A stretch of 64,000 nucleotides of DNA from assembly GCA_963816355.1 (NCBI GenBank), contig CAWFKH010000001.1, forward strand, positions 192,001 through 256,000. The letters run 5' to 3'. Shown here one piece after another: positions 61,341 through 64,000 of this stretch; the first letter of the stretch is position 1; every line of letters begins with the position of its first letter. Source of the stretch: an uncultured Gemmatimonadales bacterium. GTDB taxonomy: Bacteria > Gemmatimonadota > Gemmatimonadetes > Longimicrobiales > RSA9. The notes beneath the pieces are model-generated. The model searched no databases. It was not told the DNA's origin and saw only the letters and a program-made list of their open reading frames with translations. Both the position numbers and the translations under genes were made by a program.

Positions 61341-62167
61341 GCGCTCCGATGCTGTCGCCGCGATCCCGCTTCGCCGCCGTGGTGGAGAAGCCGGACGACG
61401 CGATCGATCTGGCGGAGGCCGCGCTGCTGGTGGCGGCCGAGGAGTACCCGCAACTCACGGTACCCACCTACCTGCGGCGGCTCGACCTGCTCGCGGAGCG
61501 GGTGAAGGACCGTCTGTCGGACGAGTCGGCGCCGCTGCTCGTGCTGGAGGAGATGGGCGAGGTGCTCTTCCGCCAGGAGACCTTCCGCGGCAACGTCGAG
61601 GCGTACTACGATCCGCGCAACTCCTTCCTCAACGACGTGCTCGACCGCGGCCTCGGGATCCCGCTCACGCTCAGCATCGTCTACCTCGAAGTGGGTTGGC
61701 GACTCGGCCTGCCGCTCGCCGGCGTCAACTTCCCCGGCCACTTCCTCGTCCGCTTCGAAGGCGAGGCGCTCCGCGTCACCGTCGACCCGTTCCAGGGCGG
61801 GCGCCTCCGCTTCGAGGACGAGATGCAGGAGCTGCTCGACCGGCTCTACGGCGGCATGGTCCGCATGCGGCCGGAATTCCTCCGTGCCGCGAGCCGCAAG
61901 GACATGCTGGTGCGGCTGCTCTCCAATCTGAAGGGCATCTACTTCAACACCCGCGACGACGCCCGCGCCCTCTCCTGCGTCGAGCGGATCCTGCTCGCGC
62001 GCCCCGCCGAGGCCGACGAGGTCCGCGATCGGGGCCTGCTGCTCGCGCGCTCCGGGCGCGCCGACGAGGCGATCGCCGAGCTCGAGCATTACCTCAGCCT
62101 CGCCCCGGACGCGCCCGACACCGAGCGCATCCGGATGCTCCTCGTTCAGCTCGCCCGCGGCGAATGA
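61337..62167 (+). CDS. SirB1/transglutaminase-like protein with TPR
   Basis: LAEAALL, YYDPRNSFLNDVL.R..GIPLTL, NFPGHFLV, DPF and RDRGL. Confidence 0.9.
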   Translation: MSAPMLSPRSRFAAVVEKPDDAIDLAEAALLVAAEEYPQLTVPTYLRRLDLLAERVKDRLSDESAPLLVLEEMGEVLFRQETFRGNVEAYYDPRNSFLNDVLDRGLGIPLTLSIVYLEVGWRLGLPLAGVNFPGHFLVRFEGEALRVTVDPFQGGRLRFEDEMQELLDRLYGGMVRMRPEFLRAASRKDMLVRLLSNLKGIYFNTRDDARALSCVERILLARPAEADEVRDRGLLLARSGRADEAIAELEHYLSLAPDAPDTERIRMLLVQLARGE

Positions 62168-63246
62168 GCGACGCGCAGCGCGCGCTCCCGCTCGCGCCGA
62201 TCCACCGCGGCCTCGGCGCCCGCATGACCGCGGCCGGGAACACGGAGGTGCCTCGCAACTACGGCGATCCGGCTGGGGAATACCGCGCCGCGCGCGAGGG
62301 CGCCGTCATCGTGGACCGCTCCGAGCGCGGGCTGATCCGCGTGCACGGGCGCGAGCCGGTGAAGATGATCCAGGGCCTCGTGTCGAACGACCTCGCCGGC
62401 TCGCCCGCCGGACGCGGTGTCTACGCCGTCGTGCTGACGCCCAGGGGCCGGCTCGTCGCCGACGTGCGGCTGCTGCGCAGGGGCGACGAGGTGTGGATCG
62501 ACGCCCCGGCCGGCGCCGTGTCCGGCCTCGAGGACCACCTCTCGCGCTACGTGCCACCGCTGTTCGCGCGGCACGACGATCTGAGCGAGGCGTGGGGAAT
62601 GCTCGGGATCTACGGGCCGCGCTCGCGTGCGATCGTGGAGCGCTTCGCGGGCGACCTGCCCCCGGAGATGCCGGAGGACGGGTTCGAAGTGCGCGGCGTC
62701 GGCGGCGTCGACGTCGTCGTGCTGCGCACGCTGGAGACGGGGGGCGACGGCTACGACGTCCTGGCGCCGGCCGCTGGACTGGAGGAGGTGTGGCGCGCCG
62801 CGGTGGACGGGGGCGCGCGCCCTGCGGGCCGCGCCGCGCTCGAGGTGCTGAGGATCGAGGCGGGGCGGCCGCGCTGGGGGGCGGAGCTGACGAACGACGT
62901 CATCCCGCTCGAGGCGGGGCTGCGCGAGCGCGCGATCAGCGAGACGAAGGGGTGCTACACGGGGCAGGAGGTGATCGTCCGCATCCTCCACCGCGGGCAC
63001 GTCAACCGCCTGCTGCGAGGGTTCCTCTTCGGCGATCGAGCCGTGCCGGCCGCGGGGACGGAGCTGCGGCGGCGCGGGGAGGAGAAGGTGGTCGGCACGG
63101 TGACGAGCGCCTGCGCCTCGCCGCGGCTCGGCCAGACGATCGGCCTCGGGTACGTCCGCCGCGAGGTCGAACCGCCGGCCGAGCTGGCCGATCCCCGCGG
63201 GGAGCCGGTCGGCGTCGTCGCGCTCCCCTTCGATCCGCCCACGTAG
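62164..63246 (+). CDS. ygfZ: YgfZ/GcvT-family folate-binding protein
   Basis: LTPRGR..AD, LRIEAG.P and the signature KGCYTGQE. Confidence 0.88.
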   Translation: MSDAQRALPLAPIHRGLGARMTAAGNTEVPRNYGDPAGEYRAAREGAVIVDRSERGLIRVHGREPVKMIQGLVSNDLAGSPAGRGVYAVVLTPRGRLVADVRLLRRGDEVWIDAPAGAVSGLEDHLSRYVPPLFARHDDLSEAWGMLGIYGPRSRAIVERFAGDLPPEMPEDGFEVRGVGGVDVVVLRTLETGGDGYDVLAPAAGLEEVWRAAVDGGARPAGRAALEVLRIEAGRPRWGAELTNDVIPLEAGLRERAISETKGCYTGQEVIVRILHRGHVNRLLRGFLFGDRAVPAAGTELRRRGEEKVVGTVTSACASPRLGQTIGLGYVRREVEPPAELADPRGEPVGVVALPFDPPT

Positions 63247-64000
63247 TGGTGGCGCCTCGCGCGGCGCCCGCGACCGGCGCGCCGCCGACCGCTCGGCGCG
63301 GACGGCTGCGCTCGGCGTTGCGCTCCGCCGGGCCCGGCGCGATCGTCGCGGCCGCCTTCATCGGGCCGGGCACGGTGACCACCGCGACGCTGGCGGGGGC
63401 GCACTACGGCTACACCCTACTGTGGGCGCTGCTCTTCTCCACCGTCGCGACGATCGTGCTGCAGGAGATGGCGGCGCGGCTGGGCCTCGTGACGGGAGCG
63501 GGGCTGGGAGAGGCGATCCGGCGCCGGTTCCGGAGCGGGCCCGGGCGTGTGGTGGCGCTACCCCTCGTCATCGCCGCGATCGCGTTCGGCAATGCGGCGT
63601 ACGAGACGGGGAACCTGCTCGGTGCGGCGCTCGGGATGGACGTCCTGGCCGGGAACGCAACCCGGCTGTGGGCGCTCGCCGCCGCGGCGCTGGCCGTCGT
63701 GCTGCTGGGGCTCGGCAGCTACCGGCTGCTGGAGCGGGTGCTCGTGACGATGGTGGTGCTCATGTCCGCCGTCTTCCTGGCGACGGCGGCCGTGATCGGT
63801 CCGCCGCTCCTCCCCGTCCTGCGCGGTTTGTTCGTGCCCTCCGCTGCCGGCGGCCGCGACGCGCTTCTCGTTGCCGTCGGGCTGATCGGCACGACCGTCG
63901 TACCGTACAATCTCTTCCTGCACGCGTCGGCGGTCGGCGAGAAGTGGTCCGGTCCGGATGCGCTTCCGGCCGCCCGCCTGGACCTCGTGATCGCGATCGC
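63246..64000 (+). CDS. Nramp-family transporter, 3' truncated by the window
   Basis: GPGAIVAAAFIGPGTVTT, YGYTLLW, LQEMAARLG, GNAAYETGN and IGTTVVPYNLFLH. Confidence 0.85.
   Translation, partial: MVAPRAAPATGAPPTARRGRLRSALRSAGPGAIVAAAFIGPGTVTTATLAGAHYGYTLLWALLFSTVATIVLQEMAARLGLVTGAGLGEAIRRRFRSGPGRVVALPLVIAAIAFGNAAYETGNLLGAALGMDVLAGNATRLWALAAAALAVVLLGLGSYRLLERVLVTMVVLMSAVFLATAAVIGPPLLPVLRGLFVPSAAGGRDALLVAVGLIGTTVVPYNLFLHASAVGEKWSGPDALPAARLDLVIAI

Overview
High-GC bacterial chromosome segment. Gene content and style suggest a Gemmatimonadota-like organism, which is inference only. The window spans the replication origin: dnaN-oriC-dnaA, rpmH-rnpA-yidD-yidC, two parS sites and parA-parB-M23-bactofilin. 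It also holds a caa3-type cytochrome c oxidase cluster, phosphate and sugar transport genes, a lipA-pdhABC-lpdA operon and a selD with an in-frame UGA (selenocysteine). The accessory region is around tRNA-Asn (about 12-21 kb). Upstream lies a large N6-adenine DNA methyltransferase plus SNF2-type helicase pair with no recognisable nuclease. Downstream lies a visibly lower-GC islet encoding a stand-alone proteasome-beta/HslV-like Ntn threonine peptidase, a co-transcribed 60-aa basic peptide and a terminator; this is the best candidate for an undescribed system. Other points are a second DnaA-box/IHF-like cluster about 10 kb from oriC, a COG3044-type ATPase bracketed by parS sites, and three single-base frameshifts that may be sequencing errors. 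All calls come from motif reading; no database searches were run.
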